Assembly: GCA_964652365.1 (NCBI GenBank)
Contig: CAZZCT010000001.1
Location: 1,593-65,592, forward strand
Length of the DNA stretch: 64,000 nt
DNA from: an uncultured Lentisphaerales bacterium
Lineage (GTDB): Bacteria > Verrucomicrobiota > Kiritimatiellia > RFP12 > CAZZCT01
Reading direction: 5' to 3'
The translations under genes and the position numbers were made by a program. Positions 10,101-18,489 of this stretch are shown here, in pieces. The notes under the pieces are model-generated. The model saw only the letters and a list, made by a program, of their open reading frames with translations, had not been told where the DNA came from and ran no database searches. The stretch's first letter is position 1. Each line of letters starts with the position of its first letter.

Positions 10101-10996
10101 GCGAGCGCCACCGGTCCCTCGGTGGTCTGCAGCCGCGCGTCGGAGGCCCGCGCCTCCACCAGGAAATCCGGTTCAGGCAGCGAGAGGTTGCCTGTGGCGG
10201 CGAGGCGCACCTGTCCGTAGATGCGGTTCACCTCCCAGAACCAGCCCGCGTGGTTGGCGCCCGTTGCCACCAGGTCCATCATGTGGTTCACGGGCCAGCC
10301 CTTTCCGCTGTCCGGCCCCCAGACCAGGTCCAGCATGGCTTCGAAGGACTCGCCGGCGCGATAGGCGCGACCGCTGCGAACCACGGCTGGCCACGGGATG
10401 CGCAACTCCTGTACGTAGCCTGTACCGTCAGCCTTCGGCCGGAAGGCCTCGGTGATGCCGAGCGTGGCCAGGCCGTCGATGTACGGGATCGGCCGGTCGT
10501 CGTGCCAGGGGAACCAGCCGTCGAGGCTGCAGACCGCCGGCACGCCGCCGCGCGTATAGAACCAGCCGATGACCTTGCGCTCCTGATCGGTGCGGAAGTG
10601 GATCTGGAGCGAATCGGAGTGGAAGCATCGCCGCAAGTCGACGTCGAAGCGAGGGTCGTAGTTGTTCACCAGCGGTGTGGGGTCGCACCAGTCGACGCCG
10701 ACATACAGCGCCTCCGCGTCGTACATCATGGCGACTTCGGCACTGTAGCGACCCAATTGCGCGACGACGTCGCGGCAGACCACGATGCGGCCGGAGCGGT
10801 CCCATTCGGACAGATCGCCGTCGATGGTGACACGCGCCGGCGCCGGCACGGCGTCCAGCACGTGGTTGTCGGACTGAACGCCGCGCGCCCAGGCAGCCGC
10901 CAGAGCGACGGCCCACACCAACAGCAGAAGCCGTCCGGCGGCCGCAGGGCGCGACCGGCGCTTAGAAGAGCAGCGGCAGATGCTGTACCGGTTCAT
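7118..10996 (-). CDS. giant secreted protein: CBM9-like domain / FlgD-type Ig module / NHL-like propeller repeats / second CBM9-like domain
   Basis: Start at 10996 gives MNRYS..RLLLLVWAVALAAAWA (signal-like). Motifs: VTIDGDLSEWD..MMYDAEALYVGV (CBM9-like), GEYRFRGLVH (Ig module), DANGRIFLSD and DPRGRVWVAEDD (NHL-like), C-terminal ..LYLGYDV..RVYWSNKATGLVADVPGE..PNQWG. Paralogs at 30340..34254 and 24819..27290. Confidence 0.75.
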   Translation of the reverse strand: MNRYSICRCSSKRRSRPAAAGRLLLLVWAVALAAAWARGVQSDNHVLDAVPAPARVTIDGDLSEWDRSGRIVVCRDVVAQLGRYSAEVAMMYDAEALYVGVDWCDPTPLVNNYDPRFDVDLRRCFHSDSLQIHFRTDQERKVIGWFYTRGGVPAVCSLDGWFPWHDDRPIPYIDGLATLGITEAFRPKADGTGYVQELRIPWPAVVRSGRAYRAGESFEAMLDLVWGPDSGKGWPVNHMMDLVATGANHAGWFWEVNRIYGQVRLAATGNLSLPEPDFLVEARASDARLQTTEGPVALAYTMPFEGFATLVIEDRDGRRVRNLIGMAPRHAGRRTDFWDGIDEGGRLAPPGEYRFRGLVHRGIEPVYEATYGTPGVPPWDTADGTGAWLSDHCAPRAVACGGNTLVLAAERAESGCAIIATDLDGRKRWGDAGLAGIDKLAADDRYAYVFLRSWDVPPALARLDLASGRYAPFDTSAGPRLKVPLAADGTPQPWVGGFAVTSNCLALSLTDTNGLSVVRFFDAHSAAKTGDVRVPKPGCLAFDTAGVLHVWTDGQVAKLVDGRLVPVITEALPEWANAMAVDANGRIFLSDPKAQQVRLYDRGGRFVNAIGKPGGRPRTGAWQPDGLLNPAALAVDPRGRVWVAEDDAAPKRISVWSPEGRLERDFIGPTQYGGGGANADPDDKTRVFGSGCEFKLDYRANRAQVVAALGPVAGQLLKARGREYVMSKEGALFLRTGDALRRVAAMGNVCVKDLGSVAGIPLPPPPAGTHGYATIAYVWSDRNDDGRAQADEVASGSQWSGWNALQQPVGVAGYFGSCWLDDDFNLYGFAGESYGAYGGRKAMVTKTPLQGWSPGGAPRWDLARQQVLATPDASGCLYLPAEGRVVVGAPLTCIRDDGAVLWTYADNWSGVHGSHWAPLPDRDDVLIGTLGCIGKAGTALGTVFAMHSNMGRLYLMTLDGLLVASVFQDCRLGGDSWPREARPGAPLGRVTMGSEWFGGHFFRARDGRYYLIAGFTAYNLIRLDGFESLRAIRGGKLTFTAEALAEAERLAQRRARRAAAPAVLTIPRVKAVPAFDGRLGGFPTNGCVTWSAGPYTVRAALALDAASLYLGYDVAGDDNPMVNAGKDVNQLFVTGDSVDLQLGTDAAADTNRTSAAVGDLRLLISVYDGKPVAVLYRWKTPGERRPVTFTCPWRSATVDRVEIVETARINLVRRGGGYVVEAAVPLEALGFTPQTGRRYRIDLGAVYSDAKGDNRAARVYWSNKATGLVADVPGEILATPNQWGTAEVVGGE

Positions 10997-12953
10997 CGGT
11001 TGGTTTCTCCCGGCCGAATCCAATCTCGTACATCCGCGCGTGCGCCAGACGCGCGGCGGCCGCCAGTTCGCCATAGGGGCGGTGGCACACGTCCAGGAAG
11101 CCGATGTTGTAGTTTTCGCCGTCAAAGCGACCCTGGACCGGCTCGTCGTACAGCGTGAACCAGTGCACGCCCACGCACCACGGCAGGGCGGCGGCGTCTT
11201 CCACATACGACCGGTAGGCCTTGCCGCGCTCGACCTGGTCGCGCACGTGGCCGATGCCGCTGGCGGGCAGGCCGGCATCGAGCGCGCCGAAGTGCCACTC
11301 GCCCACGATCACGGGTTTGCCGGTGTTGCGGCTGAACGGTTCCAGCTCGCGTCGCACGCGCTGACTGTAGCCGTTCACGCCGATCACGTCGAAGGAGGCC
11401 ATCCCGCGCTGCACCCAGAGCGGCGGCGAGGTGTAGTAGCGGCCGCCGAGGTTCAGATGGGCCGGGTCGATGGCGCGGCAGGCGGCGCTCAGACCGTCGA
11501 AGAAGCGCGCAACAACCACCGTGCTGAAAGCCTCGAGATCCGGCCGCGCAGCAAGCGTCAGGCGCATCCGCCAGGGCCCGCGTGCCACGGCGTCGAAGGT
11601 CATCCCCGGCATTTGCCAGGCCGCCGCAAATGCCGACGCGTCGGCGTAGCGCTCCCCCAGGAATCGCGCGAAGGCCTCGCGCGTGTGGCTGTCCGCCCCC
11701 GCGTTCAGGATGCCCTGCAGCAGGGGCTCGTCCACAAACCCCCACTGGGGCTCGTTCATCAGGAAGTAGCCGATCAGGGCCGGGTCGGCCGCCGTCTCGC
11801 GCAGCGGTTCGGCGTAGGCCGCGCAATCGCCCGGAAAGGCCGGGTGGAACACGTCCGGCATGTCGCGGAAGACGGCCGGGGTGTTGGGAAAGGCGGGTTC
11901 GAGCTGCCGCACATAGGGGAAGCGGTGGCGGCTGGCCACCTGCCAGTCCGACCAGTTGCCAAAGGTGTTGAAGCCGATGCGCCGCATCTCGGCGATCGCC
12001 GCGGTCTCCCACTTCGCGCGGTAGTCCGAACCGAAGGCGCGGATCAGGTTGGCCCGCAGGAAGCTGAACTCGCGCTTGAAGCCGCCGAATTCGCCCGCGC
12101 GGCTGAAGGCCTCGGCGAAGGCGCCGCCCGGCTCGGGCATCCAGGCATGCGCGCGCTCAAGACCCTCGTAGGCGGCCTGCCCGCCGATGCCGGTGCAGTC
12201 CGGACCGGTCGACCAGAACGGGTGCCCATCCGGGTCCGCCAGCCACCAGCGGCGGCCGTCATGCTGGGTGCGGAAGAAGCCCGTGGCATCGAAGCGTACC
12301 GGCGCATAGCCGCCCCAGCGTGAGTAGCCCGCCGGCCAGACGGCCTGCGGGGCTTCGTCGCACTGTCGCCGCAAGCGCGCCACCAGTTCGGCCTCGTCGC
12401 GGGTCTTGCCCGGCCAGGTCTTGAGGGCGTTCTGCCCCAGCGCATCGACCAGCACACCCTTGGGCAGCAGGGGGTCTGTCAGCATCGGCGGCGGCTCGGT
12501 CACGGCATGGAGCGGCGTCATGCACCAGCGCACGTCCTCGGGCGGTTTGCGCAGCACGAAGAGACGGCAACGGTCCACGCGGCCCAGGTCCACGCGATCG
12601 CGGCAGCAGATGATGTTCTTCCAGGCGCCCTCGCGCGGATGGCAGCGGGTGTGCTGGTCCACCAGATTGAGCGGCAGACGCATGCGCGCCTGGCATTGGT
12701 TCAGAAATCCGAACCAGACTCCGAAGGTCGGACCGCCATCCCCCTCGGTCAGTTCCAGTTGAAACATGGCGGTGTTGACGCCGTCGAGCAGGAAGTCGGC
12801 GGTCAGGTAGCGAAAGCCGGCCAGCGCGCCAGGCTCGAAGCGGCACTCCAGGCCATCGCGCTCAGACGTTGCGCGGTAGGCCTGCGCCCCCGCCAGCAAA
12901 GGTGGGGCGGCGTCGCGCACAATTCCACCCGTCAGGGTCCACGTGAAATTCAT
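10962..12953 (-). CDS. clan GH-A glycoside hydrolase (GH5/GH42/GH50-like), no signal peptide
   Basis: Acid/base-type GYFLMNEPQWG, nucleophile-type PVIVGEWHFG, and FARFLGERYADASAFAAAWQ resembling the F-x-x-WL-x-x-Y motif of GH42-type enzymes. AGGA upstream of the ATG at 12953. Confidence 0.7.
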   Translation of the reverse strand: MNFTWTLTGGIVRDAAPPLLAGAQAYRATSERDGLECRFEPGALAGFRYLTADFLLDGVNTAMFQLELTEGDGGPTFGVWFGFLNQCQARMRLPLNLVDQHTRCHPREGAWKNIICCRDRVDLGRVDRCRLFVLRKPPEDVRWCMTPLHAVTEPPPMLTDPLLPKGVLVDALGQNALKTWPGKTRDEAELVARLRRQCDEAPQAVWPAGYSRWGGYAPVRFDATGFFRTQHDGRRWWLADPDGHPFWSTGPDCTGIGGQAAYEGLERAHAWMPEPGGAFAEAFSRAGEFGGFKREFSFLRANLIRAFGSDYRAKWETAAIAEMRRIGFNTFGNWSDWQVASRHRFPYVRQLEPAFPNTPAVFRDMPDVFHPAFPGDCAAYAEPLRETAADPALIGYFLMNEPQWGFVDEPLLQGILNAGADSHTREAFARFLGERYADASAFAAAWQMPGMTFDAVARGPWRMRLTLAARPDLEAFSTVVVARFFDGLSAACRAIDPAHLNLGGRYYTSPPLWVQRGMASFDVIGVNGYSQRVRRELEPFSRNTGKPVIVGEWHFGALDAGLPASGIGHVRDQVERGKAYRSYVEDAAALPWCVGVHWFTLYDEPVQGRFDGENYNIGFLDVCHRPYGELAAAARLAHARMYEIGFGREKPTDEPVQHLPLLF

Positions 12954-12987
12954 GCAATCTATTCCTGAGGTCCTGGCACAAGATCCC

Positions 12988-13100
12988 TTGTGCGGGCAGA
13001 GGGTTCAGGGTTCGGGGTTCAGGATGCGATTCCCGCCTGAACCCTGACACCCTGAACCCTGTTTCCGGGCTCTTACAGGGGTTATGCAAGAGCCGCTCAG
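12988..13100. repeat. nested-palindrome repeat element built on GGGTTCR heptamers, copy A
   Basis: Central hairpin GGGTTCAGGGTTCGGGGTTCAGG / CCTGAACCCTGACACCCTGAACCC. The reverse complement of 58920..59030 matches it with only a handful of mismatches over the ~75-nt core. Overlaps the 3' end of the GH29 gene. Confidence 0.75.
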
Positions 13101-14354
13101 CCACGCCGCCAGATCGGATTCCGGCAGGCTCTCGGGCGGACCGTCGAACTCAACCTTAATCACGGTGTCCGCCGCATCGGGCGGGCGGGCCGGCAGGCCG
13201 GTCAGAATCAGCCGGCCGCTGTACGCCTCCTGCCGTACCTTCACCGCGGCGCCCGTGGCCAGCAGCGATGCCCTACGGACCGGCGTGTCCACGCAGGGAA
13301 TGACCGCTTCGCTCCCCGGCCAGCGGAAGACGTGGAGATAGCCTGTGTTCCCCTTGCGGGTCCAGGGGCCCAGATGCCAGGCGGACTGCGTGAACTGATT
13401 CCGGAAGACCAGTCGCTGCGAGCCATAGACCGATTCACCGTTCGCGCGCAACCAGCGCCCCATGGCCTTCAGCCGGCGGACCTCCTCGGGTCGGATGGTT
13501 CCATCCGGCCGCGGACCGACATTCAACAGCAGGTTGCCCTCGCCCGTCGCAGCCGTCACCAAGTTCTGCACCAGTTGCGGCAGGCTTTTCATGTTCGGGT
13601 TGTGGCGCGTGTAGCCCCATCCCGAGGCGTCACCGATGGTCATGCACGACTCCCAGCCGCGGCCGGCCGCACTGGCGGTCACGTGCTGTTCCGGCGTATC
13701 GAGATCCTCGGGCACGCCGCAGCGGTTGTTGATCAGGATGTGCGGCTGCAGACTGCGCGCCATCGCGTTCAGCTCGCGCGCCCGCCAGAAGGCGGCCACG
13801 TCGAGCTTCTTCAGGCCATGGGCAATCCAATCGCCATCGTACCACAGCACATCGATCCGGCCATAGTTCGTCATCAGCTCGCGCACCTGGGCATGTGCCT
13901 GCGCCACCAGCGCGGCGGCGCTGTCGGGATGGCGCTCGGGCTCAAAATAGCCCGGAAAGCGCCAGTCCAGCAGCGAGTAGTAGATGCCCACGCGTAACCC
14001 GGCTTCGCGCAACGCCGCCACGTACTCGGCCACGAAGTCGCGTTTCGCCGCCGTCTTCACCGACGTGAAGTCCGACACCTGGCTGTCGTAGAGGCAGAAT
14101 CCGTCGTGGTGCCGGGCCGTGAGGACCGCGTACTTCATCCCGGCCTCGACCGCCAGCCCCGCCCACGCGCGCGCATCGAACTTCCGGGCCGTGAAACGCC
14201 GCGCCAGCTTGGCGTATTCGCCGGGCCGCATCCGTTCGTTGAACATCACCCACTCACCGCGCCCCAGCAACGCGTAGAGACCCCAGTGGATGAACATGCC
14301 GAAGCGGGCCTCGTGAAACCACTTCAGGCGATCCTCGTAAGATGGCACCGTCAT
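13005..14354 (-). CDS. alpha-L-fucosidase, GH29
   Basis: EARFGMFIHWGLYALLGRGEW and VLTARHHDGFCLYDS. ATG at 14354 with AAGGAG 8 nt upstream, overlapping the GH2 stop as ATGA. The last ~31 codons and the stop lie inside repeat element 12988..13100. Confidence 0.9.
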   Translation of the reverse strand: MTVPSYEDRLKWFHEARFGMFIHWGLYALLGRGEWVMFNERMRPGEYAKLARRFTARKFDARAWAGLAVEAGMKYAVLTARHHDGFCLYDSQVSDFTSVKTAAKRDFVAEYVAALREAGLRVGIYYSLLDWRFPGYFEPERHPDSAAALVAQAHAQVRELMTNYGRIDVLWYDGDWIAHGLKKLDVAAFWRARELNAMARSLQPHILINNRCGVPEDLDTPEQHVTASAAGRGWESCMTIGDASGWGYTRHNPNMKSLPQLVQNLVTAATGEGNLLLNVGPRPDGTIRPEEVRRLKAMGRWLRANGESVYGSQRLVFRNQFTQSAWHLGPWTRKGNTGYLHVFRWPGSEAVIPCVDTPVRRASLLATGAAVKVRQEAYSGRLILTGLPARPPDAADTVIKVEFDGPPESLPESDLAAWLSGSCITPVRARKQGSGCQGSGGNRILNPEP

Positions 14355-16738
14355 ACGTGCGACTCCTTTGCTATCGCGACCCGCGCGGATGCCAGACCGG
14401 GCGCCCGCGCTGTCAGAATCAAGTGTCCGGGTTCGGCCCCGCTGCGCAGGATAACTTGACACAGCCCGTGGAACGCGCGCCGGTGACCGGCTTTGTCGGG
14501 CTCGTGACTGGCGGGGTCGCCGTTGCCCACGCCCAGCACGTCGCCACCCCCTTCCAACTGGAAGGTAATCTCGTTGTCGGCTTCAGGCACCACGCGCCCC
14601 TCGCGGTCCACCACGGCCACGTCGACCACGCAGCCGTCGCCGGTGCTGGCGGCGATGCGTGCCCGATCAGGCGTCAGCCGCAGTCCATGCGCGGGCCCGG
14701 TAGTCTCGACGCGCTCCTTGGCAACGACCTGTTGATCTCGGCGTCCCCAGACTTCGATGCAACCCGGCGCGTAGATGACATCCGCCCACTCGGCATGGCC
14801 AGCGAACGGCACACTCTTCCGTCCCTGGCTGCACCCGTTGACCAGCAGTTCGACTTCCGGGCAGTTGGTGTAGCAGGCTACCCGCATCGGCTGCCCGACC
14901 TTGTCAGGCCAGTTCCAGTGCGGCAGCACGTGCACCAATGGTTCGCCCTGCCACATGGCCCGATAGTAGTAGTAGGCATCCTTCGGAAAGCCGCACGTAT
15001 CCAGCACGCCGAAGTGGGATCCGATCGCCGGCCAGCCGTGCGGGGACGGCTCGCCGCGATAGTCAAAGCCGGTCCACAGAAAGATGCCGCTCAGGTATGG
15101 CTGCGTGGCCACGCGTTGCCAGTGGTCCTCGGCCGCCGCCCAGTTGCTGCGCGGGTCGAGCCACCCGATCCGGCCGCGGGCGTCGTCGGTCTCGTAGCAG
15201 CCGCGCGTCTGCGAAGGCGTCGACGCCTCCGACACCACGGTCGGTTGATTCGGGCGGCGCTCGTGGTAGGGGCCCCAGTACTCGCCCACGTAATTGAAGC
15301 CCATCACGTCGACGTCGGCCGACGGCACGGGGAGGTGATCGAGCGAGTCGGTCTTGTTGAGAGCCGGGTTCCAGAAGCAGATCGCCAGCGTGACCGGGCG
15401 CGACGGATCCACCCGATGGACGACGTCGCGCAGCGTCCGCGCAATCCGTCCGGACTGCGGCGTCCACTGGGTGAAGAACTCCTCGTTTCCGAGGCTCCAG
15501 AGCACCACGCTGGGATGATTCCGGTCGCGCCGGACCAGGGCCTCGAGATCGGCCCGCTCCTCGGCCGTGCTGCTCAGGCGCCGGTTCTCGTCCATCACCA
15601 GCAGGCCCAGCCGGTCGGCGGCATCCAGCAGTTCCGGCGTCGGCGGATTGTGCGCGCAGCGGTAGGCGTTACAGCCCATCTCCTGGAGCCGCCGCAGCCG
15701 GAACTCCTGCAGGTGGTCGGGGAGCGCTACCCCCACGCCGGCATGGTCCTGGTGGCAGCAGACGCCCTTCATCTTGACCGGCTCTCCATTGAGCAGCAGT
15801 CCCGCGTCGCGGTCGAACCGCACTTCTCGAATACCTATGGTAGTCGCGTAGGCATCCACCTCGCAGCCGTCGACGAGCACGCGCGTACCGAGCGTGTGCA
15901 GGACGGGATGGCCGGTGTGCCAGAGGCGCGGCGCGTGCACGTCGAGGAACTGCACCGCCGTTGTCTCGATGCCGGCCGGACAACTCAGCTCGTCGCGCGC
16001 TTCGCCGACGGTCCGGCCGTCGGGATCGGCGAGCGTGCTGACCAGCGTGCAGTGCGTGTCGGCCGGCAGGCGGCAGGCCAAGGTCGTCTCGACGCGGACG
16101 CGGGCCGACACCCGCGGACCGTCACGCAGCAGCTCGGAGGTCACATACGTCCCCCAGGGCGCGACGTGCAGTGCGGCGGTCTTGACGAGCCACACATGGC
16201 GGTAGATGCCGCCGCCCTCGTAGAACCAGCCCTCGGGCCGCCGCGCGTCCGCCCGCACCGCCAGCACGTTCTCGCCACCGTACTCCACGAGGTCGGTCAC
16301 GTCGTACCAGAAACTCGTATAGCCGGACGCATGGCGGCCGACACAATAGTCGTTCAGGTACACGCGGCTATCGCGGAAGACGCCATCGAAGAAAAGGTAG
16401 ATCCGCCGGCCGAGGTCTTCCACCGGGACCGTCAGGCGCCGCCGGTACCAGCCGACGCCGCCCGGCTTGGAGCCATGCACCGTGTGATGGGTCTGCGGCT
16501 CCCGCGCAATGTAGTGCGCTTCGTCGATGAACTCGCCCTCCACGACGAAGTCATGCGGCAGGTCCACGTCGCGCCAGTCGGCATCGGCGTATGCCTTGGA
16601 CGGCGGTCCCTGCCGGAAGTCGCCGGCCTTGAGCCACGTCTCGTACGGCTGCAGCAGATCGCCCTGGGCCAGCTTGAACTTCCATCCCAGATCCAGCGAC
16701 ACGCGTTCGCGCGCGTCGAGCTTTACCTCTGTGGTCAT
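14351..16738 (-). CDS. glycoside hydrolase family 2 (beta-galactosidase/beta-glucuronidase-like)
   Basis: VSLDLGWKF, YLNDYCVGRHASGYTSFWYDVT, GIYRHVWL, NAYRCAHNPP, HPSVVLWSLGNEE. ATG at 16738 overlaps the upstream stop as ATGA. Confidence 0.9.
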   Translation of the reverse strand: MTTEVKLDARERVSLDLGWKFKLAQGDLLQPYETWLKAGDFRQGPPSKAYADADWRDVDLPHDFVVEGEFIDEAHYIAREPQTHHTVHGSKPGGVGWYRRRLTVPVEDLGRRIYLFFDGVFRDSRVYLNDYCVGRHASGYTSFWYDVTDLVEYGGENVLAVRADARRPEGWFYEGGGIYRHVWLVKTAALHVAPWGTYVTSELLRDGPRVSARVRVETTLACRLPADTHCTLVSTLADPDGRTVGEARDELSCPAGIETTAVQFLDVHAPRLWHTGHPVLHTLGTRVLVDGCEVDAYATTIGIREVRFDRDAGLLLNGEPVKMKGVCCHQDHAGVGVALPDHLQEFRLRRLQEMGCNAYRCAHNPPTPELLDAADRLGLLVMDENRRLSSTAEERADLEALVRRDRNHPSVVLWSLGNEEFFTQWTPQSGRIARTLRDVVHRVDPSRPVTLAICFWNPALNKTDSLDHLPVPSADVDVMGFNYVGEYWGPYHERRPNQPTVVSEASTPSQTRGCYETDDARGRIGWLDPRSNWAAAEDHWQRVATQPYLSGIFLWTGFDYRGEPSPHGWPAIGSHFGVLDTCGFPKDAYYYYRAMWQGEPLVHVLPHWNWPDKVGQPMRVACYTNCPEVELLVNGCSQGRKSVPFAGHAEWADVIYAPGCIEVWGRRDQQVVAKERVETTGPAHGLRLTPDRARIAASTGDGCVVDVAVVDREGRVVPEADNEITFQLEGGGDVLGVGNGDPASHEPDKAGHRRAFHGLCQVILRSGAEPGHLILTARAPGLASARVAIAKESHV

Positions 16739-18441
16739 ACCGGCGCCCCCCCCTTTTCCAGCAGTGCAAGCGCCCCGGTATACCAGCCGGCCCAGCGGTC
16801 GCGGGCCGGCGGGTCGGTGAGTGAGTTCAAGATCGCCTCTTCGACCGAGGCCAGGCAGAAGAGCACGTGGCCAGCGCCCAGGTCGTGGCGCCACAGCATC
16901 GGGAAGCCCTGGTCGTCACAACCGACCGCCACCGCGCCGCAGGGGTTCAGTTCGAGCCGGCACTCCTCTGGTGTGTGCCACGAACGGAAGGGCCAGTTGG
17001 TGCCGAAGGCCGTTACCTGGCAGTCGCGCTGCAGACCGAAGTCGGCGGGGCGCGCGCCCAGCAGCCGCGACTGGTCCGGACCCCACTCGTGCCAGAAGGG
17101 CGCGTGCCACAGCAGCCGGCCGCCGGCTTCGACCCACGCGGTCAGTGCCACGGCCTCGTCGGCGTCGAGATGGCATCCGGCGATGACGATCGTGCGGACG
17201 TGCGCGGGGATGGGCTGACCTCCCACCACGTGCCCGCAGTCCGTGCCGCCAAGCGCCAGGGCATGGAAGGCCGAGAGCTTGCGGTTGTGTACCGAACTGG
17301 CATCGTTGCCAACACTGCAGGGGTTCTCGCGACTGTAGAAGTGCTTGGGCCAGTAGAGGGCCACGGGGTGGCGCCGTTCGGGCGCGGGCAGGTGCTGTAC
17401 GTCGCGGGCGAACTCGATGAAGGCCTCGAGCCCCGGCTTCACCCGGCCGGCGTCGTCGACCAGCCCCAACGTGCCCTCCATCGCCGTACGGACGTAGTTG
17501 TAGGCTCGTGACCGGATATCCCGGAGGCACCACCACAGAAAGCCGTTGGCGCCGGCATTCCAGGCGGCCGGCAGGACCGCCCGCAGGTAGGCATCCTGCG
17601 GCGCCGCCGCGCCCGTGATCAAGGTGCCGAACTCCTGCACCATGACCGGACCGTGGGCCCGGATGGACGAAACCCCATGCGGCATCAGGGCCTGGGCGTA
17701 GCGGCCGGTGATACCGTCGAAGCGCAGGCCGGTCCAGTGCGGGACCGGATAACAGTGATAACTGTGGAAGTCGGTACCGAGATCGTCAGTGTATCGCCAG
17801 CTGCTGTCGTGCGCCACGGGCCCGCCGCTGACGCCCGAGATCAGCAGGGCCTGCGGGTAGGCGCGGCGGATCGCGCCGGCCAGCGTCTGGCACCAATGGC
17901 GGATCTGCGACGGCTCGGCCGGTTCGACGCCATCGAGTTCGTTGCCGTAGTCGATGCCTGCCAGCCACGGATGGTAGGGCGCCAGCACGGCGGCCGCGCG
18001 CCCGCCCAAGGCAGCCGCGCGCTCGATCATCACCGGATCGGTGAATACGTTGCGCCCCCGCTTCCAGGCCGGCCAGAAGCGGCCGCCGCTCATGCCGCCC
18101 ACGATCAGCGAGGGCTGGGCCAGCAGGTCGCGCTCGCGGAAGAAGCCCATCAGACGGTCGAGTCGCTCGAACGACGCCGCGTCGTAGCGCCCCTCCTCCG
18201 GCTCGAACTCCTGCCAGCGCAGAAAGAAGCGCACGCAGTTGAGGCCCAGGTCGCGAACGATGTCCAGGTCGCGGCAGATCTCATCCTCCGGCCAGGCCTG
18301 CCACATCTCGACACCGCACGATCCCGGCCAGTAGTTCACGCCGACAGGCACGATCCGCCGGCCGTTGCGCACGAAGTACCCCGCCGCATCCAGCGTGAGT
18401 CCCGTTCCGCGTCCTTTCGCGCCCATGCTCACTGCATTCAT
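16735..18441 (-). CDS. clan GH-A glycoside hydrolase (GH5/GH42-like) with GATase-like C-terminal domain
   Basis: LGLNCVRFFLRWQEFEPEEGRYD, acid/base-type IDYGNELD, nucleophile-type VMVQEFG, then VRTIVIAGCHLDADEAVALTAWVEAGGRLLW. AAGGAG-like site upstream of the ATG at 18441. Confidence 0.75.
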   Translation of the reverse strand: MNAVSMGAKGRGTGLTLDAAGYFVRNGRRIVPVGVNYWPGSCGVEMWQAWPEDEICRDLDIVRDLGLNCVRFFLRWQEFEPEEGRYDAASFERLDRLMGFFRERDLLAQPSLIVGGMSGGRFWPAWKRGRNVFTDPVMIERAAALGGRAAAVLAPYHPWLAGIDYGNELDGVEPAEPSQIRHWCQTLAGAIRRAYPQALLISGVSGGPVAHDSSWRYTDDLGTDFHSYHCYPVPHWTGLRFDGITGRYAQALMPHGVSSIRAHGPVMVQEFGTLITGAAAPQDAYLRAVLPAAWNAGANGFLWWCLRDIRSRAYNYVRTAMEGTLGLVDDAGRVKPGLEAFIEFARDVQHLPAPERRHPVALYWPKHFYSRENPCSVGNDASSVHNRKLSAFHALALGGTDCGHVVGGQPIPAHVRTIVIAGCHLDADEAVALTAWVEAGGRLLWHAPFWHEWGPDQSRLLGARPADFGLQRDCQVTAFGTNWPFRSWHTPEECRLELNPCGAVAVGCDDQGFPMLWRHDLGAGHVLFCLASVEEAILNSLTDPPARDRWAGWYTGALALLEKGGAPV

Positions 18442-18489
18442 CAGCTCAGCTCTCCTTGGCGCAGCCTCGGAATCCCCGGAACTGCGAGT

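Noticed and set aside
7574-11158. 1194-aa + strand ORF
   Set aside because: Lies entirely antisense to the motif-rich minus-strand gene 7118..10996. The translation is Arg/Gly/Ala/His/Pro-rich with no motifs. This is a typical shadow ORF of a high-G+C genome.
13001-13060. Telomere-like GGGTTCA/GGGTTCG heptamer run
   Set aside because: There are only three heptamers per arm. They are arranged as a hairpin inside a dispersed repeat in the middle of a gene-dense bacterial region, so they are not a chromosome end.
14342-17218. 958-aa + strand ORF
   Set aside because: Antisense to the GH2 and clan GH-A genes, which carry clear family motifs. The translation is low-complexity and Arg/Pro/His-rich.
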